Below, piece after piece: positions 13,147-26,969 of a stretch of 64,000 nt of DNA (positions are counted from its first letter, which is position 1; each line of letters begins with the position of its first letter). The position numbers and the translations under genes are program-made. Source of the DNA: the human T2T-CHM13v2.0 reference genome, Homo sapiens. Under the pieces are notes generated by a model, which saw only the letters and a list, made by a program, of their open reading frames with translations, was not told the DNA's origin and made no database searches. The DNA is taken from assembly GCF_009914755.1 (NCBI RefSeq), contig NC_060930.1; one strand, written 5' to 3'.

Positions 13147-15239
13147 CTCAGTATTTTTATTTCAGATATTTAATAAGACATTTTGGTTAATTATTCTATA
13201 GCTAAATAAATTCTCTTTAATTTGCCCATCACTGTTAACTTAAACAGTTTTTCTTTTCCCCTCAATAAATGATAGCTTTCTTTCATCTTTGGTCATATTT
13301 GGTGTTGAAGCCTGTTTTCCATAATATTGATAAAAGTGAGTAAAATGCAGAAATGCTGCAGGTTTACTTTAGTTTGGCTTTAAGGATAAGAGTAAGAGGC
13401 GGAAGGGGGTTCAAAGCTTTTCATTTTATGGTACTGCTTTGTAAAATGGACCTTGCCTGTCATGCAATGTCATAATGGCATGATTGGCCTGCTTCTATTT
13501 TCCTATAGACATGGCAGGAGAAATGATTGAGAGCTTTTCCAGTTTGGCATGGAAACAAAGCAAAGCAATTTCAGTGTGGTAACAAGACTAAGGAGGAGAC
13601 AGATGCTGTGCGGGCAACAGTACCAGAGCTAAGGGATGAGAAACTTCTCCATAAGATGTCCCTTTATTGCTCCAGCAGCTATTATGGGCTGCGTCTCCCC
13701 AAGCATGGCAGCTCACCACTGTGGAACCCTAAATAGAATGACACTCAGTGTTGAATGGCAAGGCCTCTGGTCATAAATAAGATAAGCCGAAAGACATTTG
13801 ATGGTTATCACAGAAATGGACTTTCCTTACTTGGAATTTTCCTGCCTAAACATCCACAGGGAAAAGCTACATGTTGGGACTTCATAATTCATTTCAAGCA
13901 TTTTGTTTGCAAATCTCAAAGCTTGATTTTTTTTCTAAGTTTGCAGGTACTTCAATATTTGTATTTCCATTTCAGATTTTTAAAATTCATTGCTTTAAAG
14001 AACTACATCTGAAGAACAATGTTTAGCTCTTTATTTATTATTGTATTTTATTTATCTAAAGACCAATATGTTGCTTCCTACTGATAACATCAGATGAATA
14101 TTATCGTGAAGTTAAATTAGCTTCTTCAACAGTGAGCTCTGTGGAATAGATGCACCTTTCCTTCTAGTGTGACCATTTGAGATGGAACAGACCAGAGGAT
14201 TTTCCATCCCATTGCTAGAATATGTTTCTGTGACAAAGTTCTAGCAAGTTTTAGTCCGTAATCCATTTCAAGAGAAATTCCCATTTCTGTTTTTTTTTCA
14301 ATTATGTCTTTTAACTTATATTTTCTGGATCTTATTCCATTTGAGTGAAATGTGAATAGATGAAGAGATGTGGTATCAGAGCTCATTAAACAAAACTTTT
14401 CTGGTAACATGTTTCATCCTATTTAGTTATTTGAATTCAGATAAGCTTAAAGGAAAAGAACAAAACAAAGCTATAAAGAAAATTGGAAGTTATTCATTGT
14501 CATTCGTCATAAACAAGCTCAGAGGCTGGGATATTTGGCACGATGACAATGAAACTGCAGGAAATTGAGCACACTCCAATGTTGGTGAGGACGGTCCATC
14601 CATTCTGCATATGTCTGCGTCTTTGGGACTTAGAGTCTGGCAAGTAGAAGAGGGATTTCATCTTGTTGGAAAATATAAGTTGGAAAATCAACCCACATGA
14701 AATTGCAGAAGCCAAGGGGTGAGTGTTCTAGAAAGTGTCTAATTCTTTCTTTGCTTTTAGCTAGGCTGCATTACATGATTCTATGTGTTCATTATTTTTG
14801 GACACTTTCTAAAGAGTAGCTAGAATTGTAAAGACACTACTAAGGTGATAATTTAAAAACTATGCTGTCATTCATATCAATTAAAAATAAACTCAGGTAT
14901 AAGACTTGGCCCAACTTTCTATTTTCTTGCTGAAATTGATTGTTTAATTTCATTTTTGTTAGTTGAATATGTTTGGGTTTCTCTATGGTGCATCTAATAA
15001 GATTTTGTGTCCACATTGTGAGGCTTTATGGCCTTTCTCCTTTCAGTATTTCAGTGTGTTTATGGTTGCTGCTCATGTTTAACCTGCTACTCTTAACTTT
15101 TAGCAGTGGGAATTAAGAGTTCAGGCATCTGAATCTATTTAAATATCAAAACTCTGGGAAGCTTCTCTGATAACCAAATCACATTTATCCATGCACTTGT
15201 TCTGAGCAGCAGTTGAAGTTAGGTGATATTTTACTTAGT

Positions 15240-15480
15240 GATCCTTATATAGCATTTATTATTTATTAAGCTCAGTTTTCAGTTTTTTTTACAAGTGTTA
15301 GTTTATTTAATCTGCATAACAAAGTCGTTAGAAGGTATTATTTGTATTCATAATTTTCAGATGAGGTAATTTAGGTGCAGAGAAGTTTAAGCACTTGTTC
15401 ACATTCACACAAGAGCAAGTGTTAGAGTAAGGATTTAAGCTTAACCAGGATAGTTCTGGGGGGTACTAGGTTGACCACTA
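15240..15480 (-). mobile_element. MIR
   Basis: ATTTAATCTGCATAACAA...TTTTCAGATGAGGTAATTTAGGTGCAGAGAAGTTTAAGCACTTGTTCAC. Confidence 0.75.
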
Positions 15481-16188
15481 CACCAATGCCTGTTAACCTT
15501 GATTTGCTGACCATCATGATAATTATGAAGTCAAAACAAGGAATAAACTTAGTAATTTAGTCAAATAGACTTTAATGAGGAAGCAGGTTTAAAACAAATG
15601 GTCAGTAAACACTTTTTGGGCACGTAATATACACCAAGCAATATGCCTCCTAGCAGAATGGCATTGAATGGCAAAGCTAGGTCCTCAGGAAGAGTGGCTG
15701 TCCAGGAATGGACCAGGTGGAATTAATCATATTAAATCCTATATTTAAAATTACTCTGTTCACTGTATTTTGTTGATAATCAATACAAGAAATATGGATC
15801 TAATCTTTCCAAATTGTAATTTGGGAGAATTTTATAAGAAGTGCCACTCTAATGTTTATTCTGGTAGCACTAGTAACTGAGGCTTTAGAAATAAATTGAG
15901 ATTCCAATGCTATAAAATAACACTCTCAAATGTTTTGGTCTCAGGATTTCTTTACATGCTAGGAAATTTTTGAGAATAACCCCCCACCCCCCGCCAAAAA
16001 AGAAAGCTTTTGTTAATGTGGGTCATAGCTCTCAATATTTATATTAGAAATTAAAATAGAAAATTTTTAAAGTATTTAATTACTAATTCACTCTAAAGTG
16101 ACAGTAATAATCCCATTGCATCTTGACACAAATGGCATATTTTAATAAGAAATAACTTTTTCAAAACAACAAAAAAATGAGCGACATT

Positions 16189-16804
16189 TGCTATGGTTTG
16201 GATAAAATTTGTTTGTCCCCACCAAAACTCATGTTGAAATTTGATCCTCAATGTGCCAGTGTTGGGAAGTGGGCCTAGTGGGAGGTATTTGGGTTATGAA
16301 GGTGGATTCCCCGTGAATGGTTCTGTGCTGTTCTGGTAGTAGTGCGTTCTCACTCCTTTTTTTTTTTTAAACACAGGGTCTCACTCTCTCATCCATGCTG
16401 GAGCATGGGGGTACAATCATAGCTCACTGCAACCTTGAACTCCTGGGCTCAAAGGATCCTTCCAGTTCATCCCCCTCTGAGTAGCTCGGATTACAGGCAT
16501 ACACCACCACGCCTGGCTGAGTTCTCAATCTTGAAAGATTGATTTAGTTCTCATGTAAATGAATTAGTTCCTGTGGTAGTGGGTTGTTATAAAGCCAGGA
16601 TGCCCTTCGGTTTTCTCCTCTTCACACATGTCTACTTTCCCATTGCCCTTCTCCACCATGTTGTGATGTGGCATGAAAGTCCTGTCCAGAAGCCAGGGCC
16701 ATGCCCTCGAATTTCTCAGTCTGTGGAACCATGAGCTAAATAAACTTCCTTTAAAATAAGTTTTTAGGTATTCTGCTATAAGCAACACAAAAGGTACTAA
16801 TACA
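16189..16804 (+). mobile_element. MaLR solo LTR (MSTB-like)
   Basis: TGCTATGGTTTGGAT...CCCCACCAAAACTCATGTTGAAATTTGATCC...CTGCTATAAGCAACACAAAAGGTACTAATACA; TSD (A/G)CATT at 16184-16188 and 16805-16809. Confidence 0.88.
16357..16518 (-). mobile_element. Alu monomer (FRAM/AluJ right arm) inside MSTB
   Basis: Poly-T then ACAGGGTCTCACTCT...ATCATAGCTCACTGCAACCTTGAACTCCTGGGCTCAA...CCACCACGCCTGGCT; flanks G(C/A)GTTCTCA(C/A)TC. Confidence 0.88.
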
Positions 16805-17183
16805 GCATTGTTTTAAATTTGTATGAATTTCTTTATTGTGTGGCTTAATAGAAAGCTAGATTCTTAGGTTTGTTTCTCTAAACATTCTGTTATAATCTTA
16901 CACATTAAACTCTGGAAAACTCTGTTGTACACTTGTGAGAGAATGAGAGTGAAACAGAGAAATTAGCATCTTGGTTTATTATAAAAATAGTTTGGATCTT
17001 TTGAAACCTTTAAAGAGTCTTAGGAAACCCTGTGGTTCTCTGGCCGTGCTTTGAGAACCACTGGTATAGGGTAAATCCACTGCCAAGTTAATCTTTTGTT
17101 ATGCTATATGTTTTAGCTTGTTTTCATCTACTATTCTCTGAATTTGAGCTTCAGCATTTCAACGTATTGATTATGATTTTCGC

Positions 17184-17509
17184 TTTTTTTTTTTTTTTTT
17201 TGAGACAAAGTTTTGCTCTTGTTGCCCAGGCTGGAGTGCAGTGGCGTGATCTTGGCTCACTGCCAACCTCCGCCTCCTGGATTCAAGTGATTCTCCTGCC
17301 TCAGCCTCCTGAGTAGCTGGGATTACAGGCACATGCCACCACGCCTGGCTAATTTGTGTATTTTTGGTAGAGACGGGGTATCAGCATGTTGGCCAGACGG
17401 TATCGAACTCCTTATTTCAGGTGACCTGCCCACCTCGACCTCCCAAAGTGCTGCCCACCTTGACCTCCCAAAGTGCTGGGATTACAGATGTGAGCCACTG
17501 TGCCTGGTT
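17184..17509 (-). mobile_element. Alu (AluSq/Sp-like) with internal 25-bp tandem duplication
   Basis: TTTTGCTCTTGTTGCCCAGG start class; TSD GATTATGATTTTC at 17169-17181 and 17510-17522. Confidence 0.95.
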
Positions 17510-18907
17510 GATTATGATTTTCAAATACCAGGTGACTCCTGCCTAGCGTTGGTATATTTTATATATATTAAATGTCCATGAATTTTAAAAAATTTAAATG
17601 AAAGCACATGACAGTCTCAAGTACTCCAACACTTGAGAAGCTACAATATGGTGTACAGTGCACACAAGGTGATTTGAGCATCAGATAAATTGAGACAGAC
17701 AGAAAGTGTTAGATGTATATGTAACTATAAGCATCTATGTTTGGCTTAATAAAAACACAATGTTTCTTATGTATTGTCCTGTAATTAACAGTTTAATACT
17801 TTCCTATTAACCAGTCTACCTGGACTCATTTTTTTTTTATTTTTAATAATCTGCAGAGGTGGGTATATTGATCAAATTAGTAATGGCAACACTACTCTTT
17901 CACAATTTTGAAAATAGTGTCTAGGTTGGAATAGCCAACGAAATAGTAGATATTTATAATTTTTGCAATGCTTTTAAATGTGTTGTTAATACTCGTTTGA
18001 CTAGTTGACTTTACTGTGGCTGAAATGCAGGCTCAAAAGTAGTAAGAGGCACTTACTGTTTCTAAGTTCTATTATGGGGTGTGAAGGTCCTTTAGTTTTC
18101 CCAAGGTCTGATAGGCATGGGGGCTTTTAATTTCACGTGGGATGCTTACAAATCGTCTTCTATTTACACGTAGCTTTTGAAGTAATTATTTTCCCTTTTA
18201 GTGTCCAAATCTCTCAAGCAAAGAGGCTTTTTAGTAAAAATTGTGATTTAAAGAGAATAATTGTTTCAGAAGAGTAGTGAAAAATGTTCAAATTGACATT
18301 TTGAAGGAAAGCACAAACAAAAGAAATTAATTTTATTTCAAGAAAAGAGAAAAAGTTTTTTCCCATAACATAGTAAACATTTTGGCAAAGAAAATAGCAA
18401 GTATGAGTACATGCATGTGTATGTGTGTGTGCCCTTTTCAAGAGAAGTTGACACTAAGATGATGCTTCAGATGCCAGAGTGAAGAGGTTTCTAGTTGAAA
18501 CATTTAATTATTATCCAAATAGGGTAGAGAAACAAAGTCTAATTTCTTTCCTGTATTTGGAAGTGCTTGGTGTGGATAAGAAGTCTGAGTGACAGCTGCA
18601 ACTGCCAAGCAACCTCATACAATGGGAGTATTCTGCTTCTCAGTTACCGAAGGAGACTCTAAGGCCTTCTCCCACGTTTGGAGGCAAGGAGTCCTCTTCT
18701 TCTTTGGCATCTTCCATTAGCAGTTTTAAGAGAGTTTGTTACCCATTTTCAAAAGTATGTTCGTAAAGATGGTGAATGCTAAAGAATGACTTAAAATATA
18801 TATACATTAACATAGAGCAAACTATAACAAAGTAGGGTAAATAAATGCATTTTAAATTAATAACTTTTTCTTTTTTTCTCCTTTTTTTGATCAGGTGCAT
18901 TTATTCC

Positions 18908-19236
18908 TTTTTGTTGTTGTTGTTGTTGTTATTACTTCTGCTTTTGTTTTTGAGACAAGATCTCATTCTCTCACCCAGGCTGGAGTGCAGTGGCGTGATC
19001 TCTCGGCTCACTGCAGCCTGGACCCCCCGGGCTCAAGTGATCCTCCTACCTCAGGCTCTTGACCAGCTGGGACTACAGATACATGCCACCACACCTGGCT
19101 AATTTTTTGTATTTTTGGTAGAGATGAGGTTTCACTATGTTGCCCAGGGTGGTCTCGAACTCCCAAGCTCAAGTGGTCCACCTGCCTCAGCCTCCTAAAG
19201 TGCTGGAATTATAGGCATGAGGCACCATGACTGGCT
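18908..19236 (-). mobile_element. AluJ with (TTG)n-containing tail
   Basis: J diagnostics ACTGCAGCCTGGACCCCCCGGGCTCAAGTGATCCTCC and ACTATGTTGCCCAGG...CCCAAGCTCAAG. Confidence 0.92.
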
Positions 19237-19777
19237 TATTTGCTGTGTTTAGACATGGATCTGAAGTTTCTATAGTCTGAAGTTTTTCTTTAAAATTAGC
19301 AGTAGATTTGAGCTTGTAGAAATAAACCCCTTTCCGGCCAATTGCTAAAATGCAATATTTAATAATTAAGTCAAATTGTGCTCCAAAGTAGATGTTAACT
19401 ATACTCTGTTGATGAGTTGGAACACAATGTGAGCTTGAGCCATTCATTCTGGCCAATCAATAACAATCAATTATGGAAGCCAAATCAATCACACAGCAGA
19501 ACACACCGATGGTTAGGGTTAGGATGGTCAGAATGAAGAAAGAGGCAATGGTGGGGTGGATTTCACATGTATAAACATAGTCAAAAGTAATAAGGAACTC
19601 TACCATGCATTGGGACACAATACATATATCTTGATGTGGAGTATAGTTTGTAAAAATAGTATTTCTACTTGAGTTTTGGAGTTAGATTTTTACACAAACA
19701 TTCTATCCTGACAAGGAATCATATCTGAAAGTTAATATAAAAAGGAGTCCCTGAACTAATGAGACCTGTCAAAGTGA

Positions 19778-20122
<345 letters not shown>

Positions 20123-21624
20123 AGTAATGATGTTTTGTAATGTAACATCTCAGGTAAGCATACATATAAAATTATAAAATACTTTTATTAATCAAAGAAT
20201 TCATTTATGTATAAGTGCTTTCCACTCTAACCAAAACTGTAACAATTCCCCAAAAGTCGCCAAAGAGGAGCACAATAGTGATTCTTGTGGAAGTGAAATC
20301 AAATCATTTATTATTCAGAAGGGTGGCAGATTTACCAATACAGAAAGTTTCTGTCCCAAAATGTCCATTCTTTTGTAGCACTTGTTCTAATATTTAAATT
20401 TTTTTTCTATTGCTCATAGTAAGTTAACTGTTGTCACTTAAGATTTGAACAACTCACCTTCAGATATTTTGGTTTCTCTAAGTAAAATTATGCCATGATA
20501 CAGAACATTAGGTTTGCTCTTACATTCTTATGATTTTGAATTTATTTTAGGTTTCACTGATGGAAAAATGGAGAAGGAAGATCTGATGAAACAGCAAGTC
20601 CTTAAGAGTGGGAGCCAGAAGTTTAAGTTGTAACAGGTTTTGGATAAGATTCAGAACTTAGAGGATAACGAACTGCAGAAAAATTCTTTGGAAGATAATG
20701 ACTAGAGAAAAATTCTGGGTCAAAGGCAGCTATTGTGGTGCATAGTTATTCAGATTTCAAATTTGAAAAGAAATCATTGTTTCATAGGCCGAAAGGTGAG
20801 CCACTGGTATCTGTCATCAGCAAACAGGAAACATGAAGAAGAAGTACATTTATTCTATAGGTTGCAACACACAGTACAAATATACCATTAGAATACCTAA
20901 AATGCAAGATGAATCAGTCCCGTGAATTGAAACTTTGATTTTGTTCTTGAGCTAGTAAAGTTTACAGAGTTCTATGAGGAAGGACATCTGTAAAATATCT
21001 TACAATACGTAGTCTTCTATTTTGAGAGAAAGGGAAAGTATCTTTGCACTGTGAATATACCCTTTGTATTATTAACTGTGAGGACATGACAAGGCTAAAC
21101 AATTGCTTCTTTCTTGTCAAAGTTTCGTTTGCTTTGGTTAGTGCCATTGTTTGAGAAAATTAAACAAGTTTCCATGTTTTAGGCTTCTTGACGTTTTTTG
21201 ATGTTCCACTTAACTGCAGTGGAATAACTCGATGGAACAATTCAAGGCAGCTGTGCTCTGATCCTCAGTTGCCCTCCAAGGATAACATGACACATTTGAT
21301 AAACACATTTCCTTTAACACCAAGTTCTCCAGGTCAGGCAGGCATAGCATATAGATGAAACTGATCTGAGCCTTCATCCTGAGGGAGAAGAGGGTTAGAG
21401 ATGAAGGTAAACCTGGATCCCGGTTTTAACCCTGCAACATACTAGTCTCCTGAACTTGAGTATTTGTAAGTACAGAATCTGAGATTAGCTTTGCCCATGG
21501 CTTTCCACACATTGATATTTGATGGGACCTGACCCTTAAATAATCCCAAGTCATAGAAAAAGAATTTTGTGGAATAGTTGCACAGAGCATTTGCTTACTC
21601 AGTTCTGTTGCCCAGGAGCCCAAA

Positions 21625-21855
21625 CGGTAGAGGGAGGAGAATGTGAATTCTGGAATTAGGAAGACTTGAGCTTGATTTCACCTTCTACCATTGAACAACT
21701 GCTGAGGTTAGTTTCCTATACTCTTTGAGTCCCAGACCCTTATCTCTAAAATTTAGAATAATAATATCTACCTCACAGGATTGTTAAGAATGCTAATTGA
21801 GATTGAATATGTAAAGTACATGGCACAAAACATTCAATAAATATTAGTACTATTT
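21625..21855 (+). mobile_element. MIR
   Basis: CTCTAAAATTTAGAATAATAATATCTACCTCACAGGATTGTTAAGAAT...ATGTAAAGTACATGGCACA...CATTCAATAAATATTAG. Confidence 0.8.
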
Positions 21856-24800
21856 AATTTAGCCTAAGGGTCTTGCTGGGTTTTTAGAGATGCTTTCCTG
21901 CCTCTTGTTGGCTCTACTGTTTACATAATTACTCTTTATTTTTCCTTTTCTCTAAAATGTTATTAATGTTTCAGTAAATCTTTTTTATATTGAAAACAAT
22001 TTCTTATATAAAGTGGAACATATTGGGGGGAACTTTTCAGTAGCCATCCCGTAGGCTAAAGAAACAAAGAAACAAAAAAGATAGATGTTTTACATGTTTT
22101 TATTCTGTTGATGAGCCTCTGAGAAGATTGTTCCAGGTTCTGACACAGTCTCACCCAGGACCAAGATGGTTTTCTTCACTTTCCAACCCAATGATCTTTT
22201 AGTTTTAATATGAGTAAATCTAAGCATTGAAATACAGCATTTCCCACATAATTGTTTTTATACATTTAATATTTTAGCTCATGCAGAAAGGGGAGTTTCT
22301 GGAAACCATGCCTAAAGTGACCATCTATTGTAATCCTTGGAGAGTGTGACAATAAAAATTGTCTTGAACATTTATGTATAGCTTCTGGAAGGAGGCAGGA
22401 AAGACATCCTTAACCAACTAATAGAACTTTCACTTTTAAGGATCTGCAGTGCAGGTGATTAATTAGTAAAAATGGGCCCTGATACAAAGTCAACTTAGGG
22501 TCCACTGGATACTGCAACAAAGGACTTTTATTGTTTCTTCTTGAGTAGGGAAACAGATTTGCCTAATCAAAGACCAGATTCTTTCTTAGCAGTAAGGGAA
22601 AGAAAGTAGGTAATACTTTTTGTTTGTTTTTCCCTTCAGTAATGGAGAAAGCTCACAAAAGAAGAGAAGGGACATGCTTCACTCAGGTAGGCAATATTGC
22701 TTCTTTAACCCCAGGTGCAGCTATAGAGGCTTCCAAGTATATTAAGGTAAGAAGGCATTTGAGAATGGAGTTCACGCTGCAGGTACCCATGTCTTCCCGC
22801 ATACTCCGGAGACTAGATTTGGGTTTGAATCGATTCTGTGGCTTTCTTTTACAAATTTCACTCCAGCCTAACATTGTCTCAACATTGTCCTCGCCCACTA
22901 CCAATAATTTCCACTTTAGTAACAACATTCAACTATTCTTGAGAATAGCTGAGCCTCAAATTGGGTAACACCACCTCATAGTGTCATAGAACTGAGATCC
23001 CGTGACCCTACCAACCTATAGGTGTGCAGTGCATCAGCTGCTGCAACTTGTTACCCAACTGCTGCCTCTGGTCAATTAACAAAAATAAACTTCTTTCATA
23101 AAGGCAACTTGTTGGCAAAGATTTTCTTACTTAGTAAGTCTTTCCACCTCTGGTATTATAACAGAGAGGCCAAAACAAAATTAAAATTAAGATTGTCATC
23201 AGTAAGTTCTCAGGGTTAAGTACGTATACCGCTTTTGAGTTATCTTTAAAACAACTTAAGCCAAATCCTCCCTTAAAAATAATGGTTTGAATTAAATCTC
23301 ATGTCTCCCAACCTGCAATCCATGATGAACAAGCTGAACTACAGCCTTAAACAACAGAGAAATCCTTGGAACCAACATTTAATTAAAAAGACCATTAGAC
23401 GGTGCCTCATTGGAAACACAGAACATGCTTAAATGAATTTTTCAATATGTAGATAAATGTTTTACCATTAGGGTTTCTTAAAGGAAGTAAAAATTGGCAA
23501 CTCATTAAGCGTGTACATAGGTACTATAAACAGACAACAAAGTGCCTCTGGCATGTTTCATGATTTAGACATCAAAAGAAAAAGTCATAAAATCTACTTG
23601 CAGTAAAACAAAGTCCATTTTTCCTCAACAAGGCTGGTATCTATTAGCTACCTCATATGTGGAGAAAGAAAAGTTACCAGTCCTTTAATCAGATATATCT
23701 GAAATGTTTTGGGAATAAATATGAAATAGCGAAGAGTGTATGTATTTGATGTTTTCTATTTTTTACACTATACAAATGAGAATGACCTTGGTGGTTTAAA
23801 ACATTCATCCTCTCTGTTTCTAATAATACCTACAATCAGTTGTGTGTATTAAAAGCTTTGTTAATAATCTACAAGTGGTAGGTGACCTCAGCATTTAGTT
23901 CTGTGGTTTAAAGCATGACCAAGATTGTGTTTTTGTTTTCCCCATTTTACAGCTAAAAAGTATGATGTTAAAAATACTGACAAAAACGAGTTGTTGCTAT
24001 AAATATGTGAATCAAATGGGAATTTTCTGGACTTTGTTATTATGAACATTGCACAAAGGAAAAGCCAATGCATCACACCAGAATGTCAGTGGGATAGAGT
24101 ACTGAGCCAAAGGAAAAGGGCAAAGAGCCCACTTTGGTACACCTGGAGTAGATTACACACATGGGGTTGATCTTTCCCTTGAAGCCAAAAAGCTCTGGTA
24201 ATGTGCTCTCCACAGTACATGATAGAGCAGGGTAAAGCTGGAAATTAATCACCCAGTGCTACCAGGGCAGTTCATTACATGCAATTGACAGCTTCCTCTC
24301 TGTATTTTTAGATGGCTAAGAATCAAGTAGTTGCACATCAAAATGTGATTTTTTTTCTTGCTTCTTGGCACAGGACCCGTATCTGTCATCATTTCATGTC
24401 CTCAAAGGCCTGAGAGAAGCTGCCATCCTTGGGCAACAAAGGATGCCATGCAAAGCAGCTCAGAACTTGAGTTGTTTCAACAGATGCTGTTTTATGTTTT
24501 GCCAAAGAATGGCCCCTTTTATTTCTGTCATGAATGCAGTCTTTCTTTCAGTTTCTAAATGTTTGCCAGTATTAACCCTAATCCTTATCTGTCATTCTTT
24601 TAGGATGATGGGCTGTCCTTTTTCCTTTGGAACCAGCATAACCTTCACCATGTAAATATGGATTGCAAAGAAATGGAAACGTGGTGCTGTTCACCTTACA
24701 GCCCCTGATGATTTCTTATAGTGGGGGAGAGGGGGATTGCACTTCAAGGTCAGAGTAGCTGAGCCAAGTTATTCCAGTGTAAGAAAAAATGCTAACATTG

Positions 24801-26354
24801 AAATGAGCAATTTTCCCCTGTAAAGATTCTCTGCCTAGGGGAATAGAAAGATCAGAAAAGGGAGCTGGTGGAGGAAAGAACTAGAATAAACAAAGCAAGC
24901 TCAGAACAATTTATTCCTATGTTTGTTTACTGAAATAGAACCAGGAAGGACCGATGAAGGTCTGAATTAATGTAATTTATAAGAAGAGAGGCTCCCCTCC
25001 AAGGCAATGAAGTGATCTCTTTCCAAATATGTAACCAGGAGTGGCTCCCTATAAACCCAAGGCATGTCAGGGCAAAGATGGTATTCCAGATCTTTACAGC
25101 CTCCCCACTTTTTGCCTCAGAGAGAGTTCCTAATTCACCATTTAGGGATTCAGAATTGTTAATCAAACTTGCTCTGATGAAATTTTGAGGGTTGTTCTGT
25201 TTCTTGTCACAAGTTGAATTGTTCAAAAGCACTGCATCACAGATCTGATTTTCCGCATTGCGCTAGCATTTTCTTACCTTGGGGCAGGCAAAGGGCTAGT
25301 CAAACTTTAAAATTGGAACTTCTTCCATTTTTTTCCCTCAGAGCATTTGAAGTTTTTTTGTTTTGTCTGTTTGCTTTGTGTCTGTTACATTTCTCTATTT
25401 TGCTTTTCAAGTGCAAAACTACTGTGCTGGAGATGATAGAGGGGATACATAAAGGGGGAAAATACATGCTCAAGGAAGTTCACAGAGTGGATACTCTATA
25501 TCCAATAATAAGAGTGAGGAAAGAAAGAATGCAGTTGAAGATATGAGGGGCAGAGTAATACAGAGATTTTCACAGATTTAGAGGATTGCTGCCCAAATCC
25601 TTCTGTTTCTCTCTTTTTGTTCCTAGTGAGAGTTGTTAAAATAGCTAACATCAACATGCCTATTCTGCACAGAGGAAGGATATATGAAGAAAGCAAGAAA
25701 CCACTAGCCTATGTGCAGGGTGATATGCCTTACAGCCATGCTCAGTTACTATTTTTGATCGTGGGCCTAGAAATAACCATCTGGGCAATCAGACTTTTGC
25801 ATTGACATGCAATGTTGGCTAAATCCACAGGCAGCTGGCTGAGTACTATTTAAACTCAGTGCTGAGATGGGAGTAGGCCCTGACAGGCAGTAGTTAGGGG
25901 ACACTCATCTATTCTACCCATGTCAACAGTAATGATACTGTAATTCTTTCCAAAATGTGGTCCTTTTTGCTATGTTTTGACAAGCTGGCTGTTATTCTAA
26001 CTTTCTGTATTATTGGAAACACACAGACTAGACATTGATACACATATATGCATATGCATGTGTTTATATGGCTGTATACAGTTATGGAAGAATCCATGAG
26101 AGTCAATCATCCATATTTATTAAGTATGTACACTATGCAAAGCACTTTATTGTGTGATATAGAAAAATATGGAAAAATTGTAAGCACACTAAGTCCAGGA
26201 GAGGTTGATTCACCTATTTTCCAGAACCTCACTTTGTGTTTCTATTAAGTGACGTATAGGGATCTGGTGGCATCCAATATCATTTCTAGGTCTTTAATTC
26301 TATGATTCCATCATTTTGGATGGAAATTAAATATACTGTTAAAGACATATGGAC

Positions 26355-26620
26355 TGGATTCATGGTTACAAGCATAAGCTTTGGTGTCAGATTCATTTTA
26401 AATACAAGTGCGGCTTCTGCCACTTTAAAGTTCTATGACCCTGTGGCATTTATTAAATTGGGCTTTAGTATCCCCAACTATAAAATAGGAAATTGTAATT
26501 GTGATCTATCTCATAGGGTTGTTTTATATATTGAATGTGATAAAGCATGTAAAGCATTTTTCAGAAATTGTGGTAAAGGACAATTATTACAAAAATGTTA
26601 GCGCTTTTATGCTATCATGA
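26355..26620 (+). mobile_element. MIR
   Basis: ATGGTTACAAGCATAAGCTTTGGTGTCAGA...CTGCCACTT...TATAAAATAGG...CTCATAGGGTTGTT...GCATGTAAAGCA. Confidence 0.75.
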
Positions 26621-26969
26621 TGGTAGTTATAGAAGCATTGAAAACTGGGAAAAGTAAGTCAGCAGAACTCAATAAACTTGATTCCTTTGCACTGCCTTTT
26701 TTGTTGGAAAACTGTTGACTGGATAGATTTTTTTCCTCTCCTGGGGGAAAAGTGAAGTTGTGAATTTCTTTGTACAGTTCAGAAGTAAATGAGACGATCT
26801 CATGTATAAATCACTGAATTCATATTAGTTCTAATCATTCCCACAAATACATCCAGGCTTTATGTGAGGCAAATACATGCATTTATTGAATCAGTTCATT
26901 AGCAGTGAAGATATATGTGTATGTATATGTGTATAAACACATAAAATCGTTTTGGCATTTGTATGTTCA

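Larger units (their letters stand above)
15918..17063 (-). mobile_element. hAT-Charlie MITE (MER119-like), interrupted by an MSTB LTR
   Basis: CTCTCAAATGTTTTGGTCTCAGG...AGCTTTTGTTAATGTGGG on the left; CTCTGGAAAACTCTGTTGTACACTTGTGAGAGAATGAGAGTGAAA...TTTGAGAACCACTG on the right. Confidence 0.75.

Noticed and set aside
18845-19102. Poly-leucine ORF
   Set aside because: Encoded by the (TTG)n tail of an AluJ.
20551-20801. Purine-rich exon-like segment, and an 8-nt AG-GCCGAAAG-GTGAGC micro-exon
   Set aside because: The longer segment has multiple stops and the 8-nt version has a short pyrimidine tract; not distinguishable from chance pseudo-exons.
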